Origin: an uncultured virus (IMG/VR IMGVR_UViG_3300000304_000066)
Lineage: Duplodnaviria; Heunggongvirae; Uroviricota; Caudoviricetes
Virus record (IMG/VR): IMGVR_UViG_3300000304_000066
Strand: one strand, 5' to 3'
Length of the DNA stretch: 64,000 bases
The position numbers were made by a program, and so were the translations under genes. This document shows, piece after piece, positions 51,399 through 63,594 of the stretch (position 1 is the stretch's first letter; the number at the start of each line of letters is the position of its first letter). The notes below the pieces were generated by a model. It saw only the letters and a program-made list of their open reading frames with translations, made no database searches and was not told the DNA's origin.

Positions 51399-51422
51399 CA
51401 TAAATATATTTCTAAAACCAAT

Positions 51423-51458
51423 AAGGGGATTGGGAGTAATATCCCTTTCCCCTTTTTT
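51423..51458 (+). terminator. rho-independent terminator
   Basis: AAGGGGAttGGGA...TCCCtttCCCCTTTTTT. Confidence 0.75.
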
Positions 51459-51472
51459 ATTATACGATTGAT

Positions 51473-51739
51473 ATGGAAGAAAAAGAATCATTATATTATG
51501 CAGAAATAAAGTTACTTACAACATACTGTCATAATTGTTTAGATAACAAAATGAAAGATAAAATAATGATGTTCTTACTCAAGAAAACATTGTATGATAA
51601 TGCAACTGAATTAAGTTTAACTGAAGATGCAGAGCAATATTATAACGAAATGTTAAACTTACTTGATTTAAGAACATGTAATTGTACTATTAACGATTGT
51701 AAAAATTGTAAAGATGGATACTGTCAATTATGTAAATAA
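51473..51739 (+). CDS. small Cys-rich tail (hub-like) protein
   Basis: CHNC and CKNCKDGYCQLC. Confidence 0.6.
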   Translation: MEEKESLYYAEIKLLTTYCHNCLDNKMKDKIMMFLLKKTLYDNATELSLTEDAEQYYNEMLNLLDLRTCNCTINDCKNCKDGYCQLCK

Positions 51740-52010
51740 AGTAGGAAAACAAGTAAATGATTCCACCAAGCATAATACAAAATTAGATAGGACGTCTATT
51801 GAAAATTTAGTACTAATATCTCATTTTGATAAATTACTGGATCAGGTAAACGCTGATGATAATTTGGAGGAAGAAGATAAAACAAAAATAATCAACAAGA
51901 TAAATAAATATATTCTTTGTTTAAAGAAAGAAATGAATTTCTATCCAGAAAAAGCAATTGATCCAGATTGTATTTTAACAGAAGTAGAAGAACATATAAT
52001 CCAAGAGTAA
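51714..52010 (+). CDS. hypothetical tail-region protein
   Basis: 98-aa ORF. Confidence 0.6.
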   Translation: MDTVNYVNKVGKQVNDSTKHNTKLDRTSIENLVLISHFDKLLDQVNADDNLEEEDKTKIINKINKYILCLKKEMNFYPEKAIDPDCILTEVEEHIIQE

Positions 52011-52011
52011 T

Positions 52012-55000
52012 ATGAATAAAAAAATATCACAATTTGAACTAACCAATGAGTTACAAGAGCAAGATCTTATTACCCTTGTACAAAATGGCGAGAATAGAAA
52101 TATTACTGGTGGGGACTTCACTACATCTNNNNNNNNNNNNNNNNNNNNNNNNNNNNNNNNNNNNNNNNNNNNNNNNNNNNNNNNNNNNNNNNNNNNNNNN
52201 NNNNNNNNNNNNNNNNNNNNNNNNNNNNNNNNNNNNNNAATGAAAGAGTAGATGGTGTAGAAGAAGATATTGATGCTTTAGAAACTAAAGTAGATAACAA
52301 TTATACAGATTTAAGTAACAAAATTGTTGAAGGTGATCAATCGGTTACTAATAATCTTACAAGTACTATAACTAGTTACTATGATGTATTAAATAATCAG
52401 CTTATTACTTTAGAAGATAAGCATGATAAGGATATGTCCGAAGTAAATGGTACTGTACAAGAATGGATTGATGATATTGATAATAGATCTACTTTGGATC
52501 AATTGCAAGATGCTCTTAACAGGTTGACAGAAGCTGAAAATACTATAACAGCGTTGGCAGAAGTAATTGCAAATGGGGGAGGAACAGGCACTGTACCAGG
52601 TTATCATACTCAAAGTACAGCTACAATATTCCCATTATCTGGTTATTATAAAGGCAGTAATGCTGCTCCTTTAGCTACTACAGATACATTAAATCAAGCT
52701 CTTTCTAAATTAGAAAATCAAATAGAAGCAGTATCTAGTAGTTCAGGTTCACTACCAGTTATTAAATATGGAGAAAGTACTCCTCCTTCAGATAATCATT
52801 TATATACATCCTTAAAAGTAGCTGAAGATTATTTAAATAAGCATGGAGACACTGCTGATGGAAGAATAATATTTCGTTCAGGATTACAAGGAGGAGATTC
52901 TTTTAGATCTGGTTGGGATGGTGTAGGTGCGAGTCTATATCCATTAGGTTCCAAATGGAATATGGAATTAGATAACCTCTTTGTAAGAGGAAATATGACA
53001 ATAAATGAACTTACAGTAAATGAAATAAAAGCTGTAGGTGGGGATATATTGGTAACTTTAGCAGATATGGAATGTACCGAAGTACAAGAATTATCTGATT
53101 CTTATCAGTGTTTCTTCGATACTCAAGACGGTACCAAGTATAATCAATTTATAGCAAATGATTTAGCAATATGCCAAAAATTTGATGGTAAAAATGTAAA
53201 AAGATATTGGCGAAAAGTAAATGCTACTGGAGAGGATTGCATCTATTTATCAAAAGACGTATGTGAACCAGGTAGTAGTAAACCTGAAGCAGGTGATACT
53301 ATTCTTCAATTAGGACACATGTATGAATCTGATGAAGATTATAATTTGCAAATGGATGAACGCAGAAATGCAATATTTATTAGTGCCAAAGGAGAAAACG
53401 CCCCCCGTATATCTTACTATAAGAATATTGATACTTTTTCATTAGCTGATGAAGATGGCGTAGTACGAGAAAGAGTAGTAATAGGTGGGGATGTTACAAA
53501 ATTTGTAGGTACTATTTATCAAACATCAGATACGGGAATTGTTAGAGTACCAGTATACAGAGGATTGTGGGTAGAAGGAAACACGTATTATTATTATGAT
53601 CAAGTATCTTATAATGGTAGTTTGTGGATATGTATGGATCCTAATGGTACAACAGATAAACCTAGTGAAGATGATGATCAATGGCAAAAACAAGTATCAA
53701 AAGGAGACGATGGTAAAGCTAGTGATGATGTAGCTAAATGGGTAGAAATTACAGGAGATAGATTGTTTTTATTTGATTCTCCTGATTATACAGGAGTACC
53801 TAATCCGTCCAGCTTGCATTTAACAGCAAATGCATATGGAATGACAAATCCTTCATATGAATGGAAAATGATGAATTCAGAAGGTACTGTTATTTCTATT
53901 CAGAATTCTATAGATTTTCCATATACTTCTATGCCTTCAGATTCTCGTACATTGCTTATTCGCTGTACGGTAACAAATTCAGATGGTGCTACTTATTATG
54001 ATGAAACACAATTAGCTAAATTAGCTAATGGTGCAGAAGGATTAGATGCTTACTATATTGATTTAACTAATGGTACTGTAACTTTACCGTGTGATCCAGA
54101 AGGTACTCCGCAAGTAGATTTAAATTCTATTAGTACGCAAGTATATGCTTATCACGGAATAAATCCCATAAGTATTACTAATATAACATATACAGTATCT
54201 GCTGGAAATGCAACAGTTACAATAACTGGAAATGATACAGTTACATTACAATCCCTTTCTTCAAAAAGTGCCAATATTGATTTAAATGTAACATTGGAAG
54301 ATGGAGTGACGGTTACAAAAACATGGTATGTTTCTAAAACGTATGATGGAGAAAATGGATTTAATGGAGAAGATGCAGCATATGTATATATGTCTGGAGA
54401 TCAATTCTTCCATTATGCTACAGGTAAATCTATACCAACTCCAACAATTATAACTTTAACCGCAGATTCTTTTAATATTCAAAATCCTACATATGCTTGG
54501 TATTGGTCAATAGCCGGTGCATATGACTGGCAATTATTGCCAAATGAGACAAATAATACATTAGTAGTATCGTATAATGGTATATATTTTACTAGTACAG
54601 ATGCAGATGAAATATCATTTAGATGTGTAGTAACTGGAGATGGTAATTCATTTTTTGATGTAATGACAATCAATAAAGTATATGACGGAGAAAATGTATA
54701 CCGAGGTATTCTTACTAATGAAAATGCCGGCGTAGCTGCAGATTCTAATGGAAATGTAACCGATTATTCTACTACTAAGACTACCGCAAGATTAAAATAT
54801 GGAACACAAGAAATAAAAGATTTTAAATTAACTTACAATATTGAAACAGGAACTGGTACTGTATCGTATGTACAAAGTACGCAGACTTTACAATGTACGT
54901 CATTAAGTAGTGATTCTGCTTTATGGAAAGTTAATTTTGTATCTCCTGCAAATAGTAGTACAATAGTAGATACCGTAGATTATGTAGTTACTAAATCAAA

Positions 55001-56445
55001 AGCTGGATCAGATGGAGCTGCTGGAGACGGGGCAGTACAAATATTTACAAATAGTACAGGTTCAACTCCTCCTAGACCTACATTTAATTATAGACCTTCA
55101 TCTGGTGGAGCACAAAGTGGTGGTTATGTTTGGAGATTGGATCCAACATATAGTAGTTCATATACTACTTGGATAAGTACTGGATATTATGATCCAAATA
55201 CTGGAACTATGAAATATGATTCTAATATAGGTGGGTATTGGACAACTCCTGTTAAACATTCTGGTAAAGACGGTGCAAAAGGGGACAAAGGAGAGCAAGG
55301 AGAAAAAGGCGATCCCGGAGCAGATGGAAATGATGGATATAATGGTCCATCTTTAAGTTTTCGAGGAACTTACAGTTCTAGTAAGTATTATGGTTGGACA
55401 GTAAATCCAGATGTAAGAGATGTAGTGAAACATGGAAGTGTATACTACATGGTCGCAGAAAATAGGAGGAACTTGGGTACGTTTAGCGGTAAAACTCCTG
55501 GAAATACTTCATATTGGACTTCTTTTGGAACTTCTTTTGAATCTATAGCTACCGGCTTGTTGTTTGCAGAAAAGGCGACTATAGCAGGATTAGATTTTTA
55601 TAATAACATCATACAATCTCAAACTGGCACATTCTTTATAGATGGTAGTTGGGATCCTATGAATGACGATACTCCAGTAATGGCATTTGGAAATGGTGCA
55701 GCTAATGCAGGTACCCCAAGTTCTACTGCGGCTCTAAAGATTTATGGTGGTGGAACACTTACAGTAGGAGATGGTACTACTACATCAAATGCAGGAATAA
55801 GTGGTCAAGGAACTAGTTCTACATCTGTAAGATTCTGGGCAGGATCTACTTATAGTAATAGTAGTCGTGCTCCATTTAGAGTATTACAAAATGGTTCAAT
55901 GTACGCTAGTAATGCTACAGTTAGTGGTAATATAACAGCTACTACTGCTAATTTTACAGGTAGAGTTACTGTAGGTAATCTTGATGGATGGAAAATTCCT
56001 GGAGTATTAACTGTATCTCATTATGAAGCTGGTACTAGACGTACTCTTTATTCACAAGGAAATTATGAAATAACGAGCCTACAGCGACAAAGTGTTGGTG
56101 TATATAAATTGTATCATAATATACCTTGGTCATCAAATAGCAGCGAGAATGCTGGTTTTAGAAATCAGTTTGTATTTTTGTGGAACGGTATTTCTAGATA
56201 TGGAGCAAGTAATGAAGGTTTTAGAGGANNNNNNNNNNNNNNNNNNNNNNNNNNNNNNNNNNNNNNNNNNNNNNNNNNNNNNNNNNNNNNNNNNNNNNNN
56301 NNNNNNNNNNNNNNNNNNNNNNNNNNNNNNNNNNNNNNNNNNNNNNNNNNNNNNNNNNNNNNNNNNNNCTGAAGGTACATTACACGATATAGGAGACACT
56401 ACAACGGCTGTAGATTTAATAATATTAGGGTATGGAAACGAATAA
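52012..56445 (+). CDS. long tail fibre / receptor-binding protein (two N-gaps)
   Basis: MNKKISQF start, coiled coil, beta-rich repeats, short GXY collagen-like run; APFRVLQNG motif. Confidence 0.8.
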
Positions 56446-56830
56446 AACATATTTGATTTGTGTTGGTGGATTTATAGAACCACCTACGGATTGGTACAAT
56501 AGTTTAAAAAAAGAATATTTTACTGACACTTACGAAGGAATACTAGAAGGTAAATACTATAAACCATCTGAAGAACAGATAATTTTTAATTTAGCCAATC
56601 CGGGTTTAGATGCTTATGGTGCATTCTACATGATTGCCCCAACTACTGAGGAATTAAATGAAAAGATAAGAAAGCAGAGACAAAACTTGTATGTAGCCAA
56701 TACTGATAAATTATATATGGCATACATAAGATATAAAGAATTCGGTGAAGAAGAGAAAGCACAAAAAGCATACGAAGAGTGGAAATCTGCAGTTCAAAAT
56801 ATAGATAAAACAACCCCATATATAATATAG
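56432..56830 (+). CDS. tail fibre-associated (chaperone-like) protein
   Basis: Follows the fibre gene; IRKQRQNLY...EWKSAVQNI. Confidence 0.55.
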   Translation: METNKTYLICVGGFIEPPTDWYNSLKKEYFTDTYEGILEGKYYKPSEEQIIFNLANPGLDAYGAFYMIAPTTEELNEKIRKQRQNLYVANTDKLYMAYIRYKEFGEEEKAQKAYEEWKSAVQNIDKTTPYII

Positions 56831-56831
56831 T

Positions 56832-59800
56832 ATGATAAGAAATAATGCATATTATGAGTTGTTTGCAAGTTATACAGTACCTAATCCAGAACAGGTTGGG
56901 TACTGGATTGACTTGGGAGCTAATTCTAAAGGAAAAATAGTAAAGATATATAATGAGAATCTGCGTCAGTGGGTAAAAGTTTTGGATGCTTCTTCTGAAG
57001 ATGCTGTATCCCCAGTAATCGGTAGTAATGGCAACTGGTGGGTAGATAATCGAGATACAGGAATTCCTGCTGCAGGTAAGAATCCATATATAGGTGAAAA
57101 TGGTAACTGGTACATATTTGATTCTGTTGCTAATAAATATGTAGACTCTAACGTAGTAGCAAAAGGAAAGACTGCATACGATATTGCTGTAGAAAGTGGT
57201 TATACAGGAACATATGAAGAGTATGTTGAAATGCTTTCTAATGTAGCAAAGTATTTAGATCAGATGGAAGAATCAATAGATAAAGCAAATGCTGCTGCAG
57301 ATAGAAGTAATTTAATTGCTAGTAATCCACCAAAGATTGTTAATGAGACATGGTATATGTTTGATGAAGAAACTAACGACTACGTTAGTACAGACATAAA
57401 AGCGATTGGTGATGCTTTTACTATTGCTAAAACATATGCCTCTGTAGAAGCAATGCAAGCTGACTATAGTAATCCTGAAGTAGGTATAGGACAGTTTGTA
57501 ATGATTGATACGGGTGATGTAGATAATCCAGAAGATTCACAGTTATATTTAAAAGGTGATACTGAATGGAAATTTATATCAGATTTATCTGGTGCGCAAG
57601 GTATTCAAGGTTTATCTGCATATCAGATAGCTGTACAAGAAGGATTTGTTGGTTCTGAAGAAGATTGGATCGCTTCGCTTAAAGGAGAAAAAGGAGATAC
57701 TGGAGATAAAGGAGAAAAAGGAGATACTGGTGAAAAAGGTGATTCATTTGTGTATAGTGACTTTACTCCAGAACAATTAGAATCTTTAAAAGGACAGAAA
57801 GGTGATCCTGGAAATGCGGCTACTGTTACTGTAGGTGAGACCGTAACTCTTGAACCTGGCTCAGATGCTTTAGTAGAAAATACAGGAAATGAAAACGAAG
57901 CTGTATTAAAGTTTAGTATACCAAAAGGTGAAAAGGGTGACAAAGGAGATAAGGGAGATACTGGAGAAGGTGTAAACATTAAAGGAGAATTGTTAAGTGA
58001 ATCAGAGCTTCCTGAAGAAGGACAACCTGGTGATGCATACGTTATTGACGGTAATCTATATGTATACGTAGGAGAAGGGGGATCTGTAGTATCTAATCCA
58101 AAATGGTCAAATGTTGGTAACATTAAAGGACCACAAGGTGAAACAGGTCCACAGGGAGACCCTGGACCTCAAGGTGAACCTGGAGCAGATGGAGCTGCTG
58201 CTACTATAGAAATAGGTACAGTAAGTAGTTCAGAACCTGGTACAGAACCCACAATAACTAATAGTGGAGATTCTACTAATGCTGTATTTAATTTCACAAT
58301 ACCTAAAGGTGAGAAAGGTGATCAAGGTATACAAGGAGAAAAGGGAGAGCCAGGAGAATCTTATACTCTACCAACAGCTTCAGCAGATACTTTAGGTGGT
58401 ATTAAAGTTGGTGCTGGACTAGAAATAAATCCTGGTACTGGAGTATTGTCAGCTACTGGTGGTGGTACTGCAGATGCTGTAGATTGGGCAAACATTACTA
58501 GTAAACCTGATTTTAAAACTGTAGCTACTACAGGTAGTTATGATGATTTAACTGATAAACCCACAATTCCTACTCTGGATGGTTATGCTACAGAATCCTG
58601 GGTAACCGAACAGGGTTATCTGACAGAGCATCAGGATATTAGTAATCTAGCAACGAAATCTGAAGTAGCAACAAAAGCAAACTCTGCAGATGTTTATACT
58701 AAGTCTCAAACATACACACAAGATGAAATAGATAGTGCTATAAAACAAGCATCAGCTACAGTGTTTAAATACAAAGGAACAGTAGCAAATTATTCATCCT
58801 TACCTACTGAGAGAGTGTATGTTGGTGACGTATATACTTTACAGGATACAAACGAAGAGTATGTGGCTACAGCAGATTCACCTAGTGCTACGTGGGAATA
58901 TCTTGGAGTAAAAGTAGATTTGTCTGATTATAGTACTACTGAGCAGAATAATGCTAAATATCAACTTAAAGGAGATTATGCTACAAATGAAGCTCTTACA
59001 CAAGGTTTAGAAGTCAAAGCCGATGCTACTGCAATTCCTACAAATATATCACAACTTACTAACGATAGTGGTTATCTTACTGATGCACCTTCAGACGGCA
59101 AGCAATATATAAGACAAGATAGTTCGTGGAAAGATGTTAGCATAGTAGACCAAGAACAAATAGATCAGCAATGGACTGCTTTTTGTCAAGTTGTTAATAA
59201 AATATTAACAACTGGTTCTGATCAAGGATATGCTTCTGCTATTACAGTTTCGCCAGAAGATATAAATGCATTAAAAGCTCCATTAGAAGGTAAAACTGGC
59301 TTCCAACATTTTACTCCTTATATGATATTTGAATTTATGGGAGGATTTCCAGCTAAATATGCTTTTTCTAGTTATTTAGAAATAGATAAAAAAATAATAA
59401 TCTTTTGTGAAGTTTTTTATTCTATATACGAATATGTTTTTACCATAGAAGTTAGTGAGGAAATTATGAAGGCTTCTGTATCTGCGTATTTCCAAGTTAT
59501 AATGGCTTCTGATAGCGAAATTTCAATTGATTCTACGATTATAGACGATAGTGGAACTAGGTCTGGAAATAAAATTACATTAAAAACCGGTGGAGATGGT
59601 ACAAAAGTTCTTTCTGATAATGGAAAGTATGTAGAATTTGCTACTAAAGATTTAGTTGGAACAAAAGGATCTGTTGGATTAATTAAAAATGGTTCTTCTG
59701 TTACTTCGTTTGGTGGATACACAGCGTGTCCAATAATAGACGGCGTTCCTTATTATAAGGAATTAGATACGATTGAAAAAAATAAATTAGACGTAATAGG

Positions 59801-60101
59801 TGTTGACTATTCTCAATCAACTGTAACTGGTATTTCTATTAAGAACAGAATTACGTACATAGAATTGAATAGTAGTAAAACTCTTGAAATAACATCTTAT
59901 CCAGGAGGAGCAGATGAAATGCTCATAATAATAAAAAATACAGGAAGTCGTGATATCACTATTACAATGTTTCCAACATATATTTGTATGAATGGAAATA
60001 GTATTACAATTCCATCTGGTAAATTTGGAGAAATAAGCGTAATACCTGTAGAAATAGAGGGTTTTGATAAATGTTTAATCACATTACATGTGCAAGAATA
60101 A
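56832..60101 (+). CDS. collagen-repeat tail fibre protein
   Basis: Multiple GEKGDT/GPQG repeats, IGENGNW, LGGIKVG, DAPSDGKQY. Confidence 0.85.
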   Translation: MIRNNAYYELFASYTVPNPEQVGYWIDLGANSKGKIVKIYNENLRQWVKVLDASSEDAVSPVIGSNGNWWVDNRDTGIPAAGKNPYIGENGNWYIFDSVANKYVDSNVVAKGKTAYDIAVESGYTGTYEEYVEMLSNVAKYLDQMEESIDKANAAADRSNLIASNPPKIVNETWYMFDEETNDYVSTDIKAIGDAFTIAKTYASVEAMQADYSNPEVGIGQFVMIDTGDVDNPEDSQLYLKGDTEWKFISDLSGAQGIQGLSAYQIAVQEGFVGSEEDWIASLKGEKGDTGDKGEKGDTGEKGDSFVYSDFTPEQLESLKGQKGDPGNAATVTVGETVTLEPGSDALVENTGNENEAVLKFSIPKGEKGDKGDKGDTGEGVNIKGELLSESELPEEGQPGDAYVIDGNLYVYVGEGGSVVSNPKWSNVGNIKGPQGETGPQGDPGPQGEPGADGAAATIEIGTVSSSEPGTEPTITNSGDSTNAVFNFTIPKGEKGDQGIQGEKGEPGESYTLPTASADTLGGIKVGAGLEINPGTGVLSATGGGTADAVDWANITSKPDFKTVATTGSYDDLTDKPTIPTLDGYATESWVTEQGYLTEHQDISNLATKSEVATKANSADVYTKSQTYTQDEIDSAIKQASATVFKYKGTVANYSSLPTERVYVGDVYTLQDTNEEYVATADSPSATWEYLGVKVDLSDYSTTEQNNAKYQLKGDYATNEALTQGLEVKADATAIPTNISQLTNDSGYLTDAPSDGKQYIRQDSSWKDVSIVDQEQIDQQWTAFCQVVNKILTTGSDQGYASAITVSPEDINALKAPLEGKTGFQHFTPYMIFEFMGGFPAKYAFSSYLEIDKKIIIFCEVFYSIYEYVFTIEVSEEIMKASVSAYFQVIMASDSEISIDSTIIDDSGTRSGNKITLKTGGDGTKVLSDNGKYVEFATKDLVGTKGSVGLIKNGSSVTSFGGYTACPIIDGVPYYKELDTIEKNKLDVIGVDYSQSTVTGISIKNRITYIELNSSKTLEITSYPGGADEMLIIIKNTGSRDITITMFPTYICMNGNSITIPSGKFGEISVIPVEIEGFDKCLITLHVQE

Positions 60102-60106
60102 ATAAT

Positions 60107-60555
60107 ATGTTTAGAAGAAGATTAATGATGGCTACTTCAAGCTATAATATAAAATGGGAAACGCAAACTGGTACATGGATAAAATCTAGTTTAATACCTA
60201 ACCCACCTTCTGGCATAAGTCCTTTAGATGGTAATTATTATACATGTGTTAGTCCTGGTAGCGGTGGTAGTACTAGATTGAGATGTACATTTTCTGGAGT
60301 ATCTAGTATTACGTTTTATTGTATCTCTCAAGGAGAAGCTTCATATGATTATTTAACAATCGGTGAGTTAGATTCCATCTGCGAAAGAAGTAGTTTTGCA
60401 TACACTTTGAATGGTGATCCAAATTCATGGAATAAATATACATATGCTGTACCAGATTCAGGTACACATTATATAGAGTTTGTTATTCAAAAGATTCTTC
60501 AGTAGATAATGATCCTGATAACGCTATCGTGTTTGTAAGTGCGATTAAAAAATAG
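60107..60555 (+). pseudogene. beta-sandwich fibre-associated protein with an apparent frameshift near 60480
   Basis: ...HYIEF continues as CYSKDSSVDNDPDNAIVFV in another frame. Confidence 0.6.
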
Positions 60556-60684
60556 TAATAATGTTTGTAAAAAGTATATAAAATAACCGCTATTATATAT
60601 TATAATACTTCTCATCATTAAGAAACATTTAAACATGAAAACCGTTTAATATTTAAACGGTTTAAGAAATATCATATCTTTTTC

Positions 60685-60725
60685 AAAACGCTAGCTAATT
60701 ATATTTGATGATTGGTTAGCGTTTT
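60685..60725 (+). terminator. terminator-like hairpin
   Basis: AAAACGCTAGCTAATTA...TGATTGGTTAGCGTTTT. Confidence 0.6.
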
Positions 60726-60751
60726 CATTTTATTATCCAATTTTCTATGTA

Positions 60752-61297
60752 ATGTTAAATAAATTCAATCAAATAATATTAACTACTCAAAGTGTAGCTA
60801 CTGTGAATTACTTTAAGGAATTAGTGAATGATGGACCAACAAAATTAATAGCCTGCTTACTTACTGGTGCAGTAGGATGGTTATCCTCATTCTTTACTCC
60901 AATATGGTCAGTAATTCTAGTGGTATGTTTTTTCATTGTACTAGATGCAATATTTGGTACCAAGGTATCTATGTCCTATGGGTTCAAATTTGAATCTAGA
61001 AGGTTGTGGTCTACATTAAAGAAATTTGGGTATTGTTCAATGGTTATTGCTTGTTGTCATTTAATTGACACAGAAATTATTACATCATTAGATTTACATA
61101 TGGTAGAAGTATTTTCTGGCATAGTATGTGGTGTAGAATTATGGTCAATAATTGAGAATTTACAAGCATTAGATCCTACGGGTCCATGGAGGATATTTAG
61201 CAAGGTAATCCGTAGTAAAGGAGAAAAATATTTAGACATTACTATAGAAAAGAAAGACCTACCTAAGATAAAGAAATTAGTTAAGAAAATAAAATGA
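60752..61297 (+). CDS. holin
   Basis: Several TM helices; LDAIFG, ELWSIIENL. Confidence 0.8.
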   Translation: MLNKFNQIILTTQSVATVNYFKELVNDGPTKLIACLLTGAVGWLSSFFTPIWSVILVVCFFIVLDAIFGTKVSMSYGFKFESRRLWSTLKKFGYCSMVIACCHLIDTEIITSLDLHMVEVFSGIVCGVELWSIIENLQALDPTGPWRIFSKVIRSKGEKYLDITIEKKDLPKIKKLVKKIK

Positions 61298-61899
61298 TAT
61301 CCAAAGTAAAGATATTAATTGCAGTATTTATTGGTTTGTTATTATTTAATAATGTAAGGTTGCAAAAGAAAGTAAACACTTTAAATAAAGAAGTAGCAAC
61401 TGCTATGAATAATAGTCAAGCATGGATGGATATTGCTAATGAAAGAATTGAACAATCTAGAGTATTACAGTTTACTTTGGATGATTTCAAACATACAAAT
61501 GATAGTTTAATAAAATTAAGTAAAGATCAACAAAAAAAACTTAAAATCAAAGATAATCAACTACGTCAAGTAGCCTCTACTAAAACTATCATAAGAGATA
61601 CTATTACTAGAGTCATTCCATCAAAGAATAAAGATTTTAGTATAGAATTAAAACCTAATCAACTAACTACTATCACAGTAGCAAGAAAAGATAGTGTGTT
61701 AACTCATACTATGGAAATACTTAATCATCAAGATTTATTCGTATATGAAAATAAAGTCTACAGGAGACAATATAAAAATTGGTTTCAAAGACTTATTCAT
61801 TTCGACTTCAAAAAAGACAAAATCAGTAAATATCAAATAGTTAACTCTAACAACCTAATTCAAATATTAGATACTAGAGTAATAAACATTTCAGAATAA
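61294..61899 (+). CDS. spanin-like (Rz-like) protein
   Basis: N-terminal TM segment plus coiled coil; follows the holin. Confidence 0.55.
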   Translation: MISKVKILIAVFIGLLLFNNVRLQKKVNTLNKEVATAMNNSQAWMDIANERIEQSRVLQFTLDDFKHTNDSLIKLSKDQQKKLKIKDNQLRQVASTKTIIRDTITRVIPSKNKDFSIELKPNQLTTITVARKDSVLTHTMEILNHQDLFVYENKVYRRQYKNWFQRLIHFDFKKDKISKYQIVNSNNLIQILDTRVINISE

Positions 61900-61946
61900 T
61901 TGCAGTACATTTCAATTTAGTATTAATCAATAAATAAATTGAAACT

Positions 61947-62594
61947 ATGCATTTAAGTAAATTACATGAAAGGATAAACGGTCCTCATTTTAATGAGGAA
62001 TTTGCTCACTACGCGGTAGAGGGCATGGAAAACGAGGATGGTACTAAAGGTCCTCACTGGACGGTTGAAGAGACAACGTCCGTTGCCAATAAATTAGGCA
62101 TAGATTTGAAATCAGAGAAACATAATAAGTGGGACTGGTACGTTGCTATGAATATGGTTTATTCAGATTTTTATAAGGCAGTAGTAGCAATGACTGGTAG
62201 CGCTAATACCAAATACTTTGCAGAATTAGCTAAAGCTTGGCTTTGTGACAAAGATATTTCAGAAGGGAAGATGTGGCATTATTATATTTATATAATGTGT
62301 GACGAAGACGATCGTGAAGATTACGGACGCGTATACAGCATCCGTGGTGAAATCGGGAACTATGCTAGACGTTTTGATAGAAGTATGTACGATAGAGATG
62401 AGGATTACGGTATGTATCCTCATTATAGATATGGTCGTTATAGATACTACGAACCAGAACACGAGTATATGGAACGAGCTCGCATGAAAGGTCGTTATCG
62501 TATGGACAATGATAGAGATTATGACGATGACGATACCCGCAGTAAAGAGATGCGAGATAGAGAAAGTCGCAACACATCTGTTAGATATTTCTAA
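61947..62594 (+). CDS. conserved Bacteroidota-phage protein with R/D/Y-rich tail
   Basis: GPHWTVEE, WYVAMNMVYSD, AWLCDKD. Confidence 0.7.
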   Translation: MHLSKLHERINGPHFNEEFAHYAVEGMENEDGTKGPHWTVEETTSVANKLGIDLKSEKHNKWDWYVAMNMVYSDFYKAVVAMTGSANTKYFAELAKAWLCDKDISEGKMWHYYIYIMCDEDDREDYGRVYSIRGEIGNYARRFDRSMYDRDEDYGMYPHYRYGRYRYYEPEHEYMERARMKGRYRMDNDRDYDDDDTRSKEMRDRESRNTSVRYF

Positions 62595-62634
62595 TTTATC
62601 AAACTATTATAAATCAATTAAAATATAAAATATT

Positions 62635-63582
62635 ATGTTAGAAAACGAAAGAATAATTGTGCAAGACCGTGGTTATGATGCTGGTCTTGCTGCTTTGATA
62701 CAAAATGCCAACAGAGGAAACTGGGATCCAATGGCTATGATGGCAATGTTGAATAACAACGGTGGTTTCGGTGGAAACGGCGGTTGGTGGTGGATCTTCA
62801 TCATATTACTCTTCGGAATGTGGGGTGGATGGGGAGGTCGTGGTTTCGGCAATGGTGTTAACCAAGCTGAGACTAATGCTGACTTCGCTCGTTTAGCTGC
62901 TATGGGTAACCAAAATAACAACACCGATTTGTTGATGCAGGCTATCAATGGTAACAAAGATGCTATTAATTCTCTTGCTACTAATTTGAATTGTGACATC
63001 AAGTCTATTGATAATGCTTTGTGTTCTATTCAGAACGCAATTGGTAAAGTATGTGGTGAAGTAGGTTTCTCTGCAGAAAGAGTAATCAACGCGGTTAATG
63101 CTGGTGATTGTAACATTATCAAAGCTATTAGTGACTGTTGCTGCACAACCCAGCGTAGTATAGATTCAGTTAATCTGAACATTACTAAGATGGGTTATGA
63201 AAATCAATTGGCTAACTGTAACCAAACTAATACCTTGCAGAATGCTATTACTTCAGGATTTAATTCCTTGTTAGCAGATAATGCAACTAAGTTTAGTATT
63301 ATAGGTGATAAGATTGATGCTCAGACAGCAATTATCAATGACAAATTCTGTCAATTAGAGATGAGAGAAATGCAGAATAAGATTGATACTTTGCGTGAAG
63401 AGAAGAACGCATTACAATCTTCTGCATTGTTACAACAGCAAACACAAAATATCGTTAATCAAGTTAGACCGTGTCCGGTTCCTGCTTACTTGACTTGTAA
63501 TCCTTGGGGTTGTAATGCAGGTTTAGGTTACGGTTACGGATATGGCTACAATGGTTATAGCGACGGTTGTGGTTGCTGCTAA
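62635..63582 (+). CDS. conserved Gly-rich/TM/coiled-coil phage protein (CCC motif)
   Basis: GGWWWIFIILLF, DCCCTTQ, RPCPVPAY. Confidence 0.75.
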   Translation: MLENERIIVQDRGYDAGLAALIQNANRGNWDPMAMMAMLNNNGGFGGNGGWWWIFIILLFGMWGGWGGRGFGNGVNQAETNADFARLAAMGNQNNNTDLLMQAINGNKDAINSLATNLNCDIKSIDNALCSIQNAIGKVCGEVGFSAERVINAVNAGDCNIIKAISDCCCTTQRSIDSVNLNITKMGYENQLANCNQTNTLQNAITSGFNSLLADNATKFSIIGDKIDAQTAIINDKFCQLEMREMQNKIDTLREEKNALQSSALLQQQTQNIVNQVRPCPVPAYLTCNPWGCNAGLGYGYGYGYNGYSDGCGCC

Positions 63583-63594
63583 TAAAGAAAGGAG

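Noticed and set aside
52012..60555. Diversity-generating retroelement or invertible tail cassette
   Set aside because: No reverse transcriptase, template/variable repeat pair or invertase was seen in the window.
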